A stretch of 62,251 nucleotides of DNA, counting the filler, from Piptocephalis cylindrospora (Eukaryota): NCBI GenBank assembly GCA_003614145.1. It is 8 parts of 8 records of this genome, joined end to end, with 100 filler letters (N's around TTAATTAATTAA, not from the genome) between each part and the next. Parts side by side here need not be neighbours in the genome. Positions count along the whole stretch, not along the records: positions 1 to 7,740 come from KZ988184.1; positions 7,841 to 15,575 come from KZ988185.1; 6 more parts are not named here. One strand, given 5' to 3'. The translations under genes and the position numbers were made by a program. Every line of letters begins with the position of its first letter. The stretch's first letter is position 1. Below are positions 1 to 14,143 of the stretch, piece by piece. The notes below the pieces were generated by a model that saw nothing but the letters and a program-made list of their open reading frames with translations, was not told the DNA's origin and made no database searches.

Positions 1-549
1 GTTTTCCTGTTTGGTATGAGAAGTGACTCTACCCATTGAAGATTCTTGTTTTTTTGATTTCCCTTCCTTTTTCCCAACCTCTGATCTTTTGACCTATTCC
101 CAAACGTGATCCTGATTCCTCCAAATTCCTGCTTGTCCAAGAACTTCATCTGACTGGACATTGAATTTCCTCCTGAAATTCCCGTTCCCAATTTCCCCAA
201 GTGAAAGTTAGGCCCTCGTGCCATTGCTAGGACTTCATTGAATCTTTTCACTGTTCAAAACCCCCTACGCAACAATACTTCATTAAATTACCGGCTTATC
301 AGTTACTCAATTACCATACATAGTTGGTACGGAGGCCAGAAAATAAATAGGGTTTCAAAGCAAAGCTATTCAGTCACCATCTTCCCTAGACTCCAAATGG
401 TCATGATGACCGCGCATCAGTAAGTGTGATTTCTGTGAGGTCACCAGGGCACTTCTTGAAAGGACAACAACGATGTTCTTGTGTATGACCTGTACCTGAA
501 GGCTCCCCTTGTACACTTTCCTCTCTCCTCCATCCCTAATAATAATACA

Positions 550-2591
550 ATGAAACCTCACACAGGTCAAGGTAGAAAGAAGCCCTTCTCAGCCAAGCAA
601 AAGAAGGCCCAATTACAGGAGAAACGACAGAGGAAACGACAAGAGCGTAAGTTACTCTGGCTAATGGGATGTCACGGGTGGTCCAAGCGAGGAGGGTCCC
701 AATCGATCATGCAAATTATGACTATCAGTATACTGATTTTCCCCGTCCAAACTCCACCAGGTCAAGAGGAGGAGGCAGAAGAGGAGCTAGAGGTGCAGAA
801 GCAACAGCAGGAGCTGCAACAGCAACACAACCTTCCTCAGACCATCCCTTTTGTCCCAGAATCGACCTCCGAGAAGCCCTCCAAGGATCCTTCAAAACTC
901 TCTGAAGATATCGACCATCTCATTCGTATTTCCAGCTCCAAAGGAAACGAGGCGTCGGATCCTCGCCGGCTTGTATCGGCGTTTAGAAAGCTCACTCCTC
1001 AGGATATTTCTGAAGGAATTCGTCAATCCCAACAGCCCTTGGAGCCGACATTGAGGGTGAGTGTGTGTGCTTGTCTTTTTATTACCATTTCTCTCTCTCT
1101 CTCTCTCTTTCTACCCATCTTACCAATTAACTGTGACCCTAGGGTAAGGTTCAGGTTTCCGTGGAAACAGTTTACCCAGAGGTCCTTCCCTTCCCTAAAC
1201 GGCCCACATGGTCCAGTAATGAGTCCAAGGAAAAGCTAGAGGGTCGAGAACGTGCCTTTTTCCGAGACTGGCTTACCCAGCTTTACACTGAGTACGACCC
1301 AAAGGATTTGAGCCATTTCGAGCACAATTTAGAGGTTTGGCGGCAACTGTAGGTGATTTGTTGGTCCCAGGAGAAAGGGTACTCGAAATACTAATAACAT
1401 AGCCTCATCTACCCACCGCCATATCAATGCTAGATGGAGAGTGCTGGAAATGAGTGACATCTTGCTCTTTGTTGTGGATGTGCGACATCCACTTCTCCAC
1501 TTTCCCCCGGCGTTGTACACGCATGTATGTCAGGAACTCGGAAAACCCCTAGTAATTGTACTAAACAAAGTAAGAGGAGAGAATATCACGAGAAGTATAA
1601 AGCGCGCACCATTTGCCTCATGCATCTTTATTCGGAAAATAGGCTGACCTGGTGGTGGCAGAGACAACCCAAGCATGGAAAGAGTACTTGGAGAGACGGT
1701 TGCCTGGGGTACATGTAGTATCGTTTGCCAGCTTTACCCAAGGCGGTGAGATCATTGACGATATTCAGTTGGAGTCCTTGCAGAGACGATTCAAAAAGGC
1801 CAAAGAGAAGAAGCGGCTGGCCCAAGGAGCTGTTGAGGTCCTTCAGGCGTGTCGTGACTCTATCGACTCAATTCATGACTCCTCGGATTCATGGACTTCC
1901 CAACCTTGGTGGGAATCGACATGGTCCGAGGCCAAGTCCCTAGCAGAAGAGAGGGAAGGGAAAGTGAAAGAAGAAGACGTAGAGGGCCATAGCGATGAGG
2001 AGGGAGAGGATCAGGCCTCCCTGAAAGACCTGGATGATTCAGTAGAGGAGGGGGATGCACGACGTCAGTATCTCACAATCGGGATGATCGGACACCCCAA
2101 TGTAGGCAAGAGCAGCCTGATCAACCGAATGATGGGAAGGACTGTAGTTAGCTCGAGCAAAACCCCAGGCCACACCAAGCACTTCCAAACCCTGCATCTC
2201 ACTCAGCATCTTCGTCTGTGTGACGGGCCTGGCCTAGTCTTTCCCTCCTTACTCCCTCGGCCTTTGCAGGTAAATATGGGATTCCCTCAATCATACCTCC
2301 ATTCCTCTTGACTTATTCTCTCTGTTATAGATCCTCTCTGGAATGTATAATCTGGCTCAGGTGCAAGAGCCTTATACGTCGGTACAATACTTGGTAAGCT
2401 GTGGGACGACATATAGACAGTGAACTGAGTCACTTTTTTAGGGTAAAGCACGGAGGTGATGAATTGAGCCACTTACTCACCTTATCCCACTAGGCTGAAA
2501 GGATCCCTATTCATGCTATCCTACGACTGGGAAATAGAGATGAAGTCTGGTCAGCTTATGACATTTGTGACGGTAAGCAATAGGACGTCAT

Positions 2592-2637
<46 letters not shown>

Positions 2638-2971
2638 GGATTGTCCTGTACGCGATATCTCATACCCTATTCGTAGCATACGCCATTGACCAGGGCATGA
2701 TGACGGCTAAGAACTCCAGACCGGACGTGGGAAGGGCAGGTCAGTGTCTATTATTATCATTTCATCTATCTGTGTGATGCCCTCCACCTAACCAACTAAC
2801 CAACCATGAGCCATCACGGTAATAACAATAATAACAACGATATGGATGGCAGCGAATCGCATCCTACGCCTCGCTAATGATGGTCGACTTCTCCTGGCCT
2901 TTCACCCACCTGTCGTGAACGAGGATTCTCCTCCTCCTCCAGATTCTGTGAACACAGTCGCTCCTTCCTAA
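550..2971 (+). CDS. GNL1: GNL1-like circularly permuted GTPase (YlqF/YawG, HSR1/MMR1 family), multi-exon
   Basis: N-terminus RKKPFSAKQKKAQLQEKRQRKR matches GNL1. Also FEHNLEVWRQLWRVLEMSDI, NKxD G4 before G1 (GHPNVGKSS), G2 TPGHTKHFQT, G3-like CDGPGLVFP and C-terminal AANRILRLANDGRL. GT-AG introns join the ORF fragments; stop TAA 2969-2971. Confidence 0.9.
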
Positions 2972-3258
2972 TTAAAAAATTACCCTCATTTAGGAAAGGT
3001 ATAGGATATCCCCTTTTGCCCAATACAACATGCCATTTACTGTTACTAAAATAATATTTATGACTTGGTTATATTTATGAATATTCCCTCCCCCCCGTCC
3101 CCCGTGGGAACACCTTTCCCTCTCATACACACCAATATGAATAGCAGCAAATCTCATTGTATTTTTCTTCTTCCATTGGACATTCCATCATGGTGGAAGA
3201 GATTCAGGTCAAAATGTTCAATCAATCCACCCCCGGCTTTTTCATCAGCTTAGTCCAT

Positions 3259-5250
<1,992 letters not shown>

Positions 5251-5737
5251 TCATACAGGGAGAGAGAGAGAGACGACCAGCACACACATACACTGAGGAA
5301 GGAAGGGTAGACACCCACGGTTTCTCCCATTTCAATCTGGAAGGAACGGGAGGATCGGTGATATTCGGAGCGGTTGTGTGTGGGCGTTGTTGTTGTTAAT
5401 GGTGAAAAAAAAGTGGTTGACCTCATCTGAATCTCGGATCGTCTATTCAATTCCAAAGCAGTCGTCGACTGTTCATTCATAGGGATAGTTTCCTGTAAAG
5501 ACCTTGTTCTAACGATGGGCCGTCATCATAGTAATTCTCTAGAATGAAGTTGGTAAGGTGAGCTTGGGTACTAAGCAGAATGGCGCGGCCCAGTCAGGAG
5601 GGGGACAGGACAATGAGTGAGGTGGAGTGAGTGACCTGAAGGTAGAAGAGCTGGAATGTACCCCTTCTGTCCTTTCATCTACACTAGGAGTGACTAGATC
5701 CTTCTTGGTCGGGCATTTGGAGTGGCGACGAACTATG

Positions 5738-5806
5738 CACACACACACACACACGCACACCACACACACATAAACACACACATACACATAAACACACACA
5801 TACACA
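5738..5806. repeat. Imperfect (CA)n microsatellite in the HSP60-HSP10 intergenic region
   Basis: Visible CACACA tract. Similar CA/CT tracts occur near 2600, 20000, 44820, 48000 and 55430. Confidence 0.9.
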
Positions 5807-6266
5807 TATGCATACTTTCAAGAAGACTGGCTCCTCGCCAATGTGGCGCGTCTTTTCCCCACACTCAGTCGTCCTTATTCGAATAGCGGGCGATATGGAG
5901 GCACTTCGGAGGTTTTTTTTCCGCGCTAGTGATGAGAATGGCCGTGTGTCTTTACAGTCAGGCTTTAAAGAGATTATTGACCCGTAGAGAGACTTGAATG
6001 AAGCAGGGGGACCTTGGGGAATGAATCCTAGTAGTCTAGGAAATAGAATCACTCTCCTATGGAAGAGGAAAGTATGGGGGAGGCCATCCTCAGGAAAATC
6101 TCACTGAAACCCAGGCTGTTATGGTATGTCAGTACACCCTTATCATACACACACATACACACACATACACACCGTCCGTAGATTCCCTCTAGTGCCCGTT
6201 CTCCGGAGCACACCACACTTGGGCCCAGTCATCATACTCAAGCCCCCTCACCACTGTTTGTCCCCC

Positions 6267-6272
6267 TATAAA
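6267..6272 (+). promoter_or_regulatory. TATA box upstream of HSP10
   Basis: TATAAA about 125 bp before the ATG, followed by a pyrimidine-rich leader. Confidence 0.5.
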
Positions 6273-6392
6273 GTATCGAGTCGGAAGGGCTCCACGGACC
6301 CCAGCCCCCACTACACTTCCCTTCTACTCCTCCAGGTCCTTTTCATCCCCCTCCCCCCTTCCTCCCTCATCTTCCTTCCCCAGCCCAGCAAG

Positions 6393-6786
6393 ATGATGCC
6401 CACACGTCGCCTCTCCAAGAACATCCTTCCCTTGTTCGACCGCGTTCTTATCCAACGCGTCAAGGCCGCTGAGAAGACCGCCTCTGGTATTCTCATCCCC
6501 GAAAAGGCTCAGGAGACCCTGAACGAGGGTACTGTTGTGGCCGTCGGCCCCGGTTCCCTGGATAAGGATGGGAAGCGCGTCCCTGTCTCCCTCGCCAAGG
6601 GAGACACGGTCCTGCTCCCTCCCTATGGTGGCAGCAATGTTAAGATTCAGGACCAGGTGAGTTGTGAGAAAAAGGGGAGACGAGGAGGAGGCATATTACT
6701 TTGGCATCATGCTGACCTTTCACCTGCTTTACTAGGAGATGCTCTTATTCCGCGAAGAGGAGATCCTTGCCAAGGTGACTCAGTAA
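6393..6786 (+). CDS. HSP10: Mitochondrial chaperonin 10 (GroES family); exons 6393-6656 and 6736-6786
   Basis: PLFDRVLIQRVKAAEKTASGILIP and VVAVGPG. Intron GTGAGT...ACTAG restores the C-terminus EMLLFREEEILAKVTQ*. Confidence 0.96.
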
Positions 6787-7386
6787 AGTCCATAGGGGCC
6801 ATTGGGAGGTTTTCTCTCATATGCCACCCTTCTTGCCTCCCTTCTATGCATATCACAACCCCCCCTCCCACCTTCAATACACCTCTCTTCCTTTTTGATC
6901 CCTCATGTCTGACTGCTTCATGATTGCATCCCAAGTTCAAACATCCCCAGACACCCTTCCTCTAGCATGGTAGGATCGAAGGTAGCCATGAGATCAGCAG
7001 GATCGATCGAGGTTACGAGCATCGAGCTTTCCTATAAAAATCATGAGTCAATAGAAAGATACGACACAAGACATCCGAGAGAGAAAAAGAATGGTAATAT
7101 GCGGGAGTAAGTAAAGATTATGAGGGTGACTGACCTTGCATTAAATCATCCCACAGAGTACGATCGATTGATTAATGTCTTTCAGAATACCATCCCTTTT
7201 TCGGATTGAAGCCATTTTATGCTCGCCTCACCGTATCATGTAGTTGAGCAAGACGGTAATGAATAGGATGAAATGATGGATCATAAAGGTACCCACTACC
7301 CAGGACAATATATTGCTCTTCAACATTGGATCCCATCTTTTTGTCTTTAATTATGTCAGCAAGGGTTAAAAAAATTGAAAAAAGCA

Positions 7387-7458
7387 TCGGTGATAGTATA
7401 GTGGTGAGTATCCCCGCCTGTCACGCGGGAGACCGGGGTTCAATTCCCCGTCACCGAG
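7387..7458 (+). tRNA. tRNA-Asp (GUC), intronless
   Basis: Acceptor stem TCGGTGA/TCACCGA, D arm TAGTATAGTGGTGAGTAT, anticodon arm CCCGC-CTGTCAC-GCGGG, T loop GGTTCAATTCC. 72 nt, followed by a T-run. Confidence 0.96.
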
Positions 7459-7459
7459 A

Positions 7460-7466
7460 TTTTTTC
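7460..7466 (+). terminator. RNA polymerase III oligo-T terminator of tRNA-Asp
   Basis: Run of T immediately after the tRNA 3' end. Confidence 0.75.
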
Positions 7467-7623
7467 CTCCTCTCACTTGCTGTGACAGTCGTTTGTTTTG
7501 GTTGAGTTGCTCAGTCTTGGTGCCCTCACATCTATTTGGGTCATGGGTTGGAGGGACCTTGATCCAGGATGTCACGGGAAGGATGGTTATCGCATTTCTT
7601 CTCTTCATTATGCCTCGGAAAAG

Positions 7624-7740
7624 AAATTTTCTTCTCCTTTCCTCTTAGTATCTCTTCATTCAAGGGTCGCATCTGGCCAAGTGGAGGGGGGGGGGAAGGG
7701 GGTACACACGAGCAAGCGTCCTACGTTCTTTCCTGCACCG
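7624..7740. repeat. About 120-bp contig-terminal sequence, copy 1 (copy 2 at 31091-31209)
   Basis: Both contigs end in ...CAAGGGTCGCATCTGGCCAAG(G-rich)AAGGGGGTACACACGAGCAAGCGTCCTACGTTCTTTCCTGCACCG. Confidence 0.9.
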
Positions 7741-7840
7741 NNNNNNNNNNNNNNNNNNNNNNNNNNNNNNNNNNNNNNNNNNNNTTAATTAATTAANNNN
7801 NNNNNNNNNNNNNNNNNNNNNNNNNNNNNNNNNNNNNNNN
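7741..7840. other. Artificial contig-joining spacer (N44-TTAATTAATTAA-N44)
   Basis: N runs flank a 12-mer giving stops in all six frames. Identical spacers at 15576-15675, 23398-23497, 31210-31309, 39018-39117, 46780-46879 and 54538-54637. Confidence 0.99.
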
Positions 7841-7921
7841 AGTAAGTTTCCCAGGTCTGAAATGGGGGAGAACGCTCTATTTTGTATCTTACCTCACTTT
7901 TCCCTTCTCTCCCCTCTCTAG

Positions 7922-8526
7922 ACACCCTGGTTCTAAGACCTCATTGTGGCGAAGCCGGGGACACCGATCATCTTACTGCCGCCTTCTTGACCAGTTACGG
8001 TATTAATCATGGCATTCTCCTTCGTAAGGTGCCATCCATGCAGTATCTTTACTACCTCGAGCAGATCGGCATGGCCATGTCTCCCCTCTCCAACAATGCC
8101 CTCTTCCTCACCTTTGAGCGGAACCCCTTTCCCCATTTCTTTGCTCGTGGACTTAACGTCTCTCTCTCCACCGATGATCCTCTTCAGTTCCACTACACCA
8201 AGGAACCCCTCATTGAGGAATACTCCATCGCCTCCCAGATCTGGAAGTTTTCCGCCGCTGACATGTGTGAGATCTCCCGTAACTCTGTTCGTCACAGCGG
8301 CTGGGAAATGCAGACCAAGCGTCATTGGCTTGGCCATTGCTACCACGAACGTGATGGTGGCACTGGCAACGATGTCGAAAAGACTAATGTCCCCGACCGT
8401 CGTATTCGCTTCCGTCACGAAACCCTCATGGAGGAACAGGAGATTATGCTTCGTCACAGTCAGTATACCCCCGATGTGTTCTTAAGCCCCTTGGCCGAGT
8501 CAGGCTCTGCATCGGGCTCTGGGTAA
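7922..8526 (+). CDS. AMD1: AMP deaminase, last exon (5' part off contig)
   Basis: [29 protein letters not shown] and signature [24 protein letters not shown]. Preceded by an intron GTAAGT (7842)...CTCTAG (7921). Confidence 0.96.
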
Positions 8527-8686
8527 GGGGATATGTGTGCTTTCTCCAATGGTTGTTGTTTTAGATGGGGCAATATAGTGCCAGTCTTTTTCTTGTCATT
8601 GTATCAACCAAGTACCAGGTATATCACCTAGATTTACCGTAGATTCATGGAGAGAGATGTATTGCAAATATTGGGCGAGACGTCCT

Positions 8687-11600
8687 CTAGGGCTTAAGAT
8701 GCTCGGAAGAGGATAGCTCCTGAAGACTAAGGGTCCGAAGTTCAGTGTCGGAAAAGAGGGCTCGAACAAGACGGGAGACTTGCGACCGGGTTAGACGGGT
8801 AAGGAGACCTTGACGAACTCGGCTCATGATGTCCCGAAGACCCAGATTCATCATCTCTACCACTTGTTCGAATGTACTCCAAGAAGGAACACATACTTTG
8901 GGATCCTCCCCCTCTAGGATGGAAGTAAGCTCAGAGAGAATGGGATGGGTCAAGGAGTGAATCTTGACAGACTCATCTACAGAAATATCGATGGGCTGGA
9001 GCATCTCTTGTATAATCGCATTGAGCAGGGCATCCATGACCTGACCCATGACCCGGGCATATATAGGCCTTGGAAGCATGGGCGGCTAGAGGAGGGGGTA
9101 AATAAGAGGGTACATCACTCATAGGGAAGTCAGGTCCGCCAGAGCTCCAGCCCAACTTACCTTGAGCTGCTTGGCAAGTTGCCGAGTAGATGTCATCACC
9201 TGCAAAAGGGACTTTTCAACGGATGATAATCTATCCGGGTTCAGCACCTCGTAAAACCCATCCATTTCCCGAAGGTCCTCCGTGAAACTGGCGATCTGAG
9301 CCTGAAGGAGGTGATGAAGGAAGGACTCGGCCTTGAGCCTCAAGGACTCTACAAGACCCATCCATCCAGTCACCCCATTATCTTCCTCTAAAAAGGCCTC
9401 TTTGGGAAGATGAGGTCTGTAGTAGGATTGAAGGATTAAGGCATGATGGGCCAGATATTGCCAATCATTGTGGAAAAGAGCAGCAATGGAGGGGACCGAG
9501 GAAATGTGCTTTTGGTGCTTGGACAAAGAAAGGACCCTGTATAGGACAAGGGCTTCCTGGCATGCTCTACTCATCCCACGTGATCTGCGTAAATGGGGAA
9601 AGGATAGATATTTCAGGATGATAATCCCATCTCCCTATCCCCATGCACACTTACCCAGTTCGTGTAGTCTGAAGAGACACGGCCTCCTCCATTCCCGAGT
9701 GGATGAGCTTTAAGAGATCTTGAGCCTGCTGGCTGACCAAACACTCTGGAAAATGAAGTAGCGACGCAAGGCCTAATTCGTCCACTTCATTCCCCTCGAT
9801 CTCTGGAGTTCCAAATTCGTAGAGTGGGTTGTGATTAGAAGAGATAAAGGGTAAAGCAGTTTGCTCATTATCTGAATGTACATACCATGAGAGAGGACAA
9901 TGGGGGAGATGGGAATAGAGCCATCCCAATCCTTTCCTTCCTTGACCAGGTGCTTGACCTTCTGGAAAAAGTATATCTTCCTCTCTTCCACATATCTGTC
10001 CTCTACCGAGTTTAGGTAAGACATGAGGTTGAATAGGGCACCTTCTCCTTCAGATCCGGCCCAGTCTATGCAATTCGTAAGAGGATAGGAAAGATAAAAG
10101 TCAGTTATATAGGAAAGGCTTCAAAACTACATACCCCATCTATCAGGATATCTACCTTGAGCGTGCACTGTATCCACCCAGACTTTGATTACTGCCACCA
10201 GCTTTTCGTAGGCGTCAAATTGGTTCGGTGATGCAGGAGCGAGAGGCCGTAGGACATGATGAATCAATAAATCCTGAAGGGTTTCGAAAATGGGATAGAA
10301 GAGGGTAGAGGACCAAGCCATTTCTGACGTTCCAGGTGAACTGGACGTAAATCGAATATTTTCCTTTAAAAAGACCAGGAAGGTGTTCAGAGACTTGGAA
10401 AGGGAATCTATCCACCCCGTGACAATGGTTCACAGAAAGAAGCTTGGTCAGATATAAATTCTGATAGACGCGAAAAAGAAGGGATAAGTAGAAATCTTAC
10501 CACACTTGACCATCCTATCCTTTTCGTCTATATCCGACCAAGAGGGGATGATAGGCGCTGTCTCATCATCCAGATTGGAGCAGGTAAGAAAAAGCCTCTT
10601 TCCCTTGATCTCTCCATTCTTTTTGGTTTCTTCGACACCGATCACCCTTCCTGGAGATTCGATAAGTGGCAATAGCAGGGTGTCGACGCAACTCTTTATA
10701 AAGGTCCCCAGCCACACCTGAAGCCCTCCATGCGTCTTGACCAGACCCAAAATTTCTTGGGATCCTTCTAATGGTTGGTTAAAGGGAAAAGAATGAGAGG
10801 AAAAATTCAAGTATGGTGTTCGCGCACACATAAACACGCTCTCTATCTCTCAGACCCCATGACATACCCATCACGTCCAAAGATCCAAGGATTCCCTTTC
10901 CTTGTTCTTCCTCTGCCGATCCTGTCAAGTACAAAAGGGTTTCAAGGCGCTCGGTCAACGCATCCCCCATAGAGTACTGTGTATGAGCCAGAAGGCCCTG
11001 AACAATGGGAGATAGATCAAGCCCTTGGTCATACAACGGATTCAATGATGCATTTGCATCTCTCTAGAAAATTTTGGGTTGACACAAGGAGCTCATGAAT
11101 AAAGAGGGTGGGCAATGAGCATTTTCTAAACACTTACCATTTCACAGATCGTCTCGTCCGCTTCCTCCCATTTGTGTTCTTCCAAGAGTTCAGGCACGCG
11201 CTGGGATCCACGGTACATCTACCCGTCATCATTCCGTCAAAGTGGGAATAAATAGGCTGTAACGGGAGTAATGTCGTCCACCTATGATTCGTCTTACCGT
11301 GGCAAGAGGCTCCAGAACTTGAAGAAGGCTTTTAGCCTCATACATTTCCCGTTCCTTAGCATACTTTACCTGCAAAATCTGAGTGATATGGGCTTTGGTG
11401 CCGTTCTAAATAAAGATTGGTCATAAGATTGTACATCACAAACTCTCCTATTGACACCAGTTCTATATCCATTTACCATGGGCTCATTCATGACTTGGCG
11501 TGCCTGAATCAAGTTTCTGGTCATGTCCTGAACAGCCAAGGTTACCTCCTTAACCTGATCATCCAAGTGGGTCAGCTCGCTCCTGTTCTGCTTGACGAGG

Positions 11601-11892
11601 CCAATCAGCTCGTTCTATAGGGTCAAGTAGGGGAAAGCAGAGTAATCTTGAGGGGAGGAACGAGCATGATAGCTTCTTACTGTTCCCGGCCACTCACCTC
11701 AGTAGTCTCCATCTCTCCATCCAGTTCAGAAAGTAGGGCGGAGAGCGTTGTATAATTGGCTGGGGTCTTCCACAGCACCCCCAGGCCCGAAGTGTCTGGA
11801 CCCGAAGTTGGCTCCGGACACGCCTGACCAGCTTGCAAGGCGGTCATGACCAAGGTAGCGGTACCTTCGGGAGGTAGTTGGGCGGGTGGCAT
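8687..11892 (-). CDS. ZW10: ZW10/Dsl1-family kinetochore and ER tethering protein, multi-exon
   Basis: C-terminal exons: FPECLVS, AALFHNDWQYLAHH, DISVDES and LVRALFSDTELR, all ZW10-like. GT-AG introns link the fragments. Start MPPAQLPP is inferred. Confidence 0.85.
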
Positions 11893-12299
11893 CGTGTCTT
11901 TGTGGTGGGGACAAGAAATGAGGGATAAGCGTGATGAGAGAAACGGGATGACAAAGGAGGGAGAAGGGAAAGAAACACCTTTCCAACCCTGGGATTTCTG
12001 TCTCCGACGTCCGTTGTTGAATATAAGCGACGCGCTTCTACGAACGATTCCGCCCTTGTCACTCCTTCTCTGTTCAATGCCCAGGCTGCGCTCATGCACT
12101 GATCCGATCATCCATCTGAAACAATTGAATATGACTAATGGTGCTGTTACTTGAACCATCCCATCGAAGCAAGGGTCCATCCAATCCAGTATCCCATCTT
12201 GCCATACAGCAAATTCCATGCAATAAAACTCTATTCTTGTCCGTGTCTCGACAAATAAATAAAAATGAAAGCTCTACAGACACTGGACGCTCCTCCGCA

Positions 12300-13010
12300 T
12301 CATGCTTTGTGAGCATTGAAGAAAGTGTAGGACAGGGTGATGGTGTCAACATCGGCCATCAGGGGATCATCGGCAATCTCGGGATCAAGGAAGAAAAAGA
12401 CAGGCATGTCGACGGACTCGCCTGCCCGAAGCATTTGCTCCTCAAAGCAAAAGCATTGAACTTTGTTGAAATAGGCTCCGGCCTTGTTAGGCGTGACATT
12501 GTAGGTACTGATCCCGACGAGATCCTGCTTGCTGGTGTTGGTGGCGGTAAAGAAGGACAGGGCGGTCTCCCCGGGCAGCACGTAGATATCGCGCTGCTGA
12601 GGCTTGAAGCGCCACCGAAGGGCCTCAGACACATCTGAATTAAATGTGATCCTATACCGCTTGGCCTCCGTGACCGGGACCAGCCTGTCCCTCGTGAATT
12701 TGGACGCATCGGTCAGTGGATTTCCGCCCAGGCCTGTGGCCCCGCAAAAGGCCCGGTAGAGAGGCACTGCGGCATACGTGATGCCCACACCCACGATGAA
12801 AACCGAGGCTGTGTAGAGGAGGCCATTAGTGTTGGCATCCTTGAATCGGTCAGAAGAGGACGAAGAGAAGCGAGAGCTTGGGGAGAGGGAAAGTCGAGGA
12901 GTCGGGGCACGGTTGGGCTGGATTTGACCCATCCTCATACCGAACCTAGAAGGGCCAAGCGAAGTCCGGAAGGTAAATCGTGCTGCTCTACCGAGGGTCG
13001 TGCTGATCAT
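12300..13010 (-). CDS. COX11: Cytochrome c oxidase copper chaperone COX11, intronless
   Basis: Arg/Ser-rich presequence, TM segment ending YAAVPLYRAFC, and YFNKVQCFCFEEQ copper-binding motif. Confidence 0.97.
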   Translation of the reverse strand: MISTTLGRAARFTFRTSLGPSRFGMRMGQIQPNRAPTPRLSLSPSSRFSSSSSDRFKDANTNGLLYTASVFIVGVGITYAAVPLYRAFCGATGLGGNPLTDASKFTRDRLVPVTEAKRYRITFNSDVSEALRWRFKPQQRDIYVLPGETALSFFTATNTSKQDLVGISTYNVTPNKAGAYFNKVQCFCFEEQMLRAGESVDMPVFFFLDPEIADDPLMADVDTITLSYTFFNAHKA

Positions 13011-13220
13011 TGCTCCGGGGATAAAGGGGGGAGATGAGGGTTGCCTACTTGGTTTAAAAGAGGTATGCCCAGTCTGCTGGGAGGGGAAAGGATGAGGGGC
13101 TGAGGATAGGATCATTGTACCACACACAGCCCCGAAAGACACCCCCATACGCTGGAAGAGTAAGCTGCAGGCTCTTCTTTTTCTTGCTTGCTTCACCTCC
13201 TCCTCTCCCCTCTCCTGGTC

Positions 13221-14075
13221 ATGTCCTCCTCCCCCAACACCTCAAGTTCTGAGGAGCCCAAGCCCTCAGAGCTCATGTCTATTCTGCGCACGAATCCTGA
13301 CCCGGTCCTAGGTTCAAAGACCCAGAGAGTCAAATGCCCAACGTGCAAACAGTCCATTCTCTACTTTTGCTACCACTGTGTCCAACTGGTCGGTTTGGAC
13401 CCAGAGACAATCCCCAATGTCCGTCTCCCCGTCGCCTTGGACATCATCAAACATGAAAAGGAGCTGGATAGCAAGAGCACAGCGGTCCACGCCAAACTCC
13501 TGGCCCCGACTGACACGACCATCCACTCCTTCCCTTCCGACTACCCCGAGTACCCCAGAGATGGTTCAACTCTCCTTCTCTTCCCCACTGAGGGAGCCAA
13601 AACCTTGGATCAGGTGGATACCAGTCGGTTTACACGTCTCGTCGTCATTGATGGGACCTGGCGTCAAGCCAAGGCCATGTGCAGACTCTCTCCGAGTTTA
13701 GATCGGTTGCCCAAGGTCAAGATTGCCGAGCAGAAGACGACCTTTTGGCGCTTCCAAAACCTGGATGACCATTATCTCGCCACCATTGAGGCCATCTACC
13801 ATTTTTATCGCGAGTACCACCTCTCCCTCCATGCCGAGTCCACCCACAAGTATGATGATCTATTATTCTTCTACAAATTCTTTTATGATCGCATCCAGCG
13901 TGAGTACCGATCCCGGCCTGATAAATCTTTTTGTCACCGCCATCGACCAGGATACATTCAATACGATGGAGGAGCGGAGAGTAAAGATGGGAATGACGAC
14001 AATGGAGCTGATGAGAAGGAAAGAGACGGGAAGAGTGACAACAACAGCACCGACAAGGAGGATACAAACAAGTAA
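13221..14075 (+). CDS. DTWD1: DTW-domain tRNA-uridine aminocarboxypropyltransferase (DTWD1-like)
   Basis: N-terminal CxxC...FCYHC zinc motif, IIKHxxE, KSTAVHAKLLAP, LLFP, IDGTWRQAK and LATIEAIY. Confidence 0.9.
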   Translation: MSSSPNTSSSEEPKPSELMSILRTNPDPVLGSKTQRVKCPTCKQSILYFCYHCVQLVGLDPETIPNVRLPVALDIIKHEKELDSKSTAVHAKLLAPTDTTIHSFPSDYPEYPRDGSTLLLFPTEGAKTLDQVDTSRFTRLVVIDGTWRQAKAMCRLSPSLDRLPKVKIAEQKTTFWRFQNLDDHYLATIEAIYHFYREYHLSLHAESTHKYDDLLFFYKFFYDRIQREYRSRPDKSFCHRHRPGYIQYDGGAESKDGNDDNGADEKERDGKSDNNSTDKEDTNK

Positions 14076-14143
14076 TAGATTTCATTCGCTCCTCCCTTTA
14101 TAGTGTAAAGACAAGAGATACTCCTCTGTTGCATCATCCCATG

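Noticed and set aside
1..240. Purine-rich minus-strand reading with Trp-rich stretches, reminiscent of a retroelement gag relic
   Set aside because: Too short, interrupted and truncated at the window edge; no diagnostic motif.
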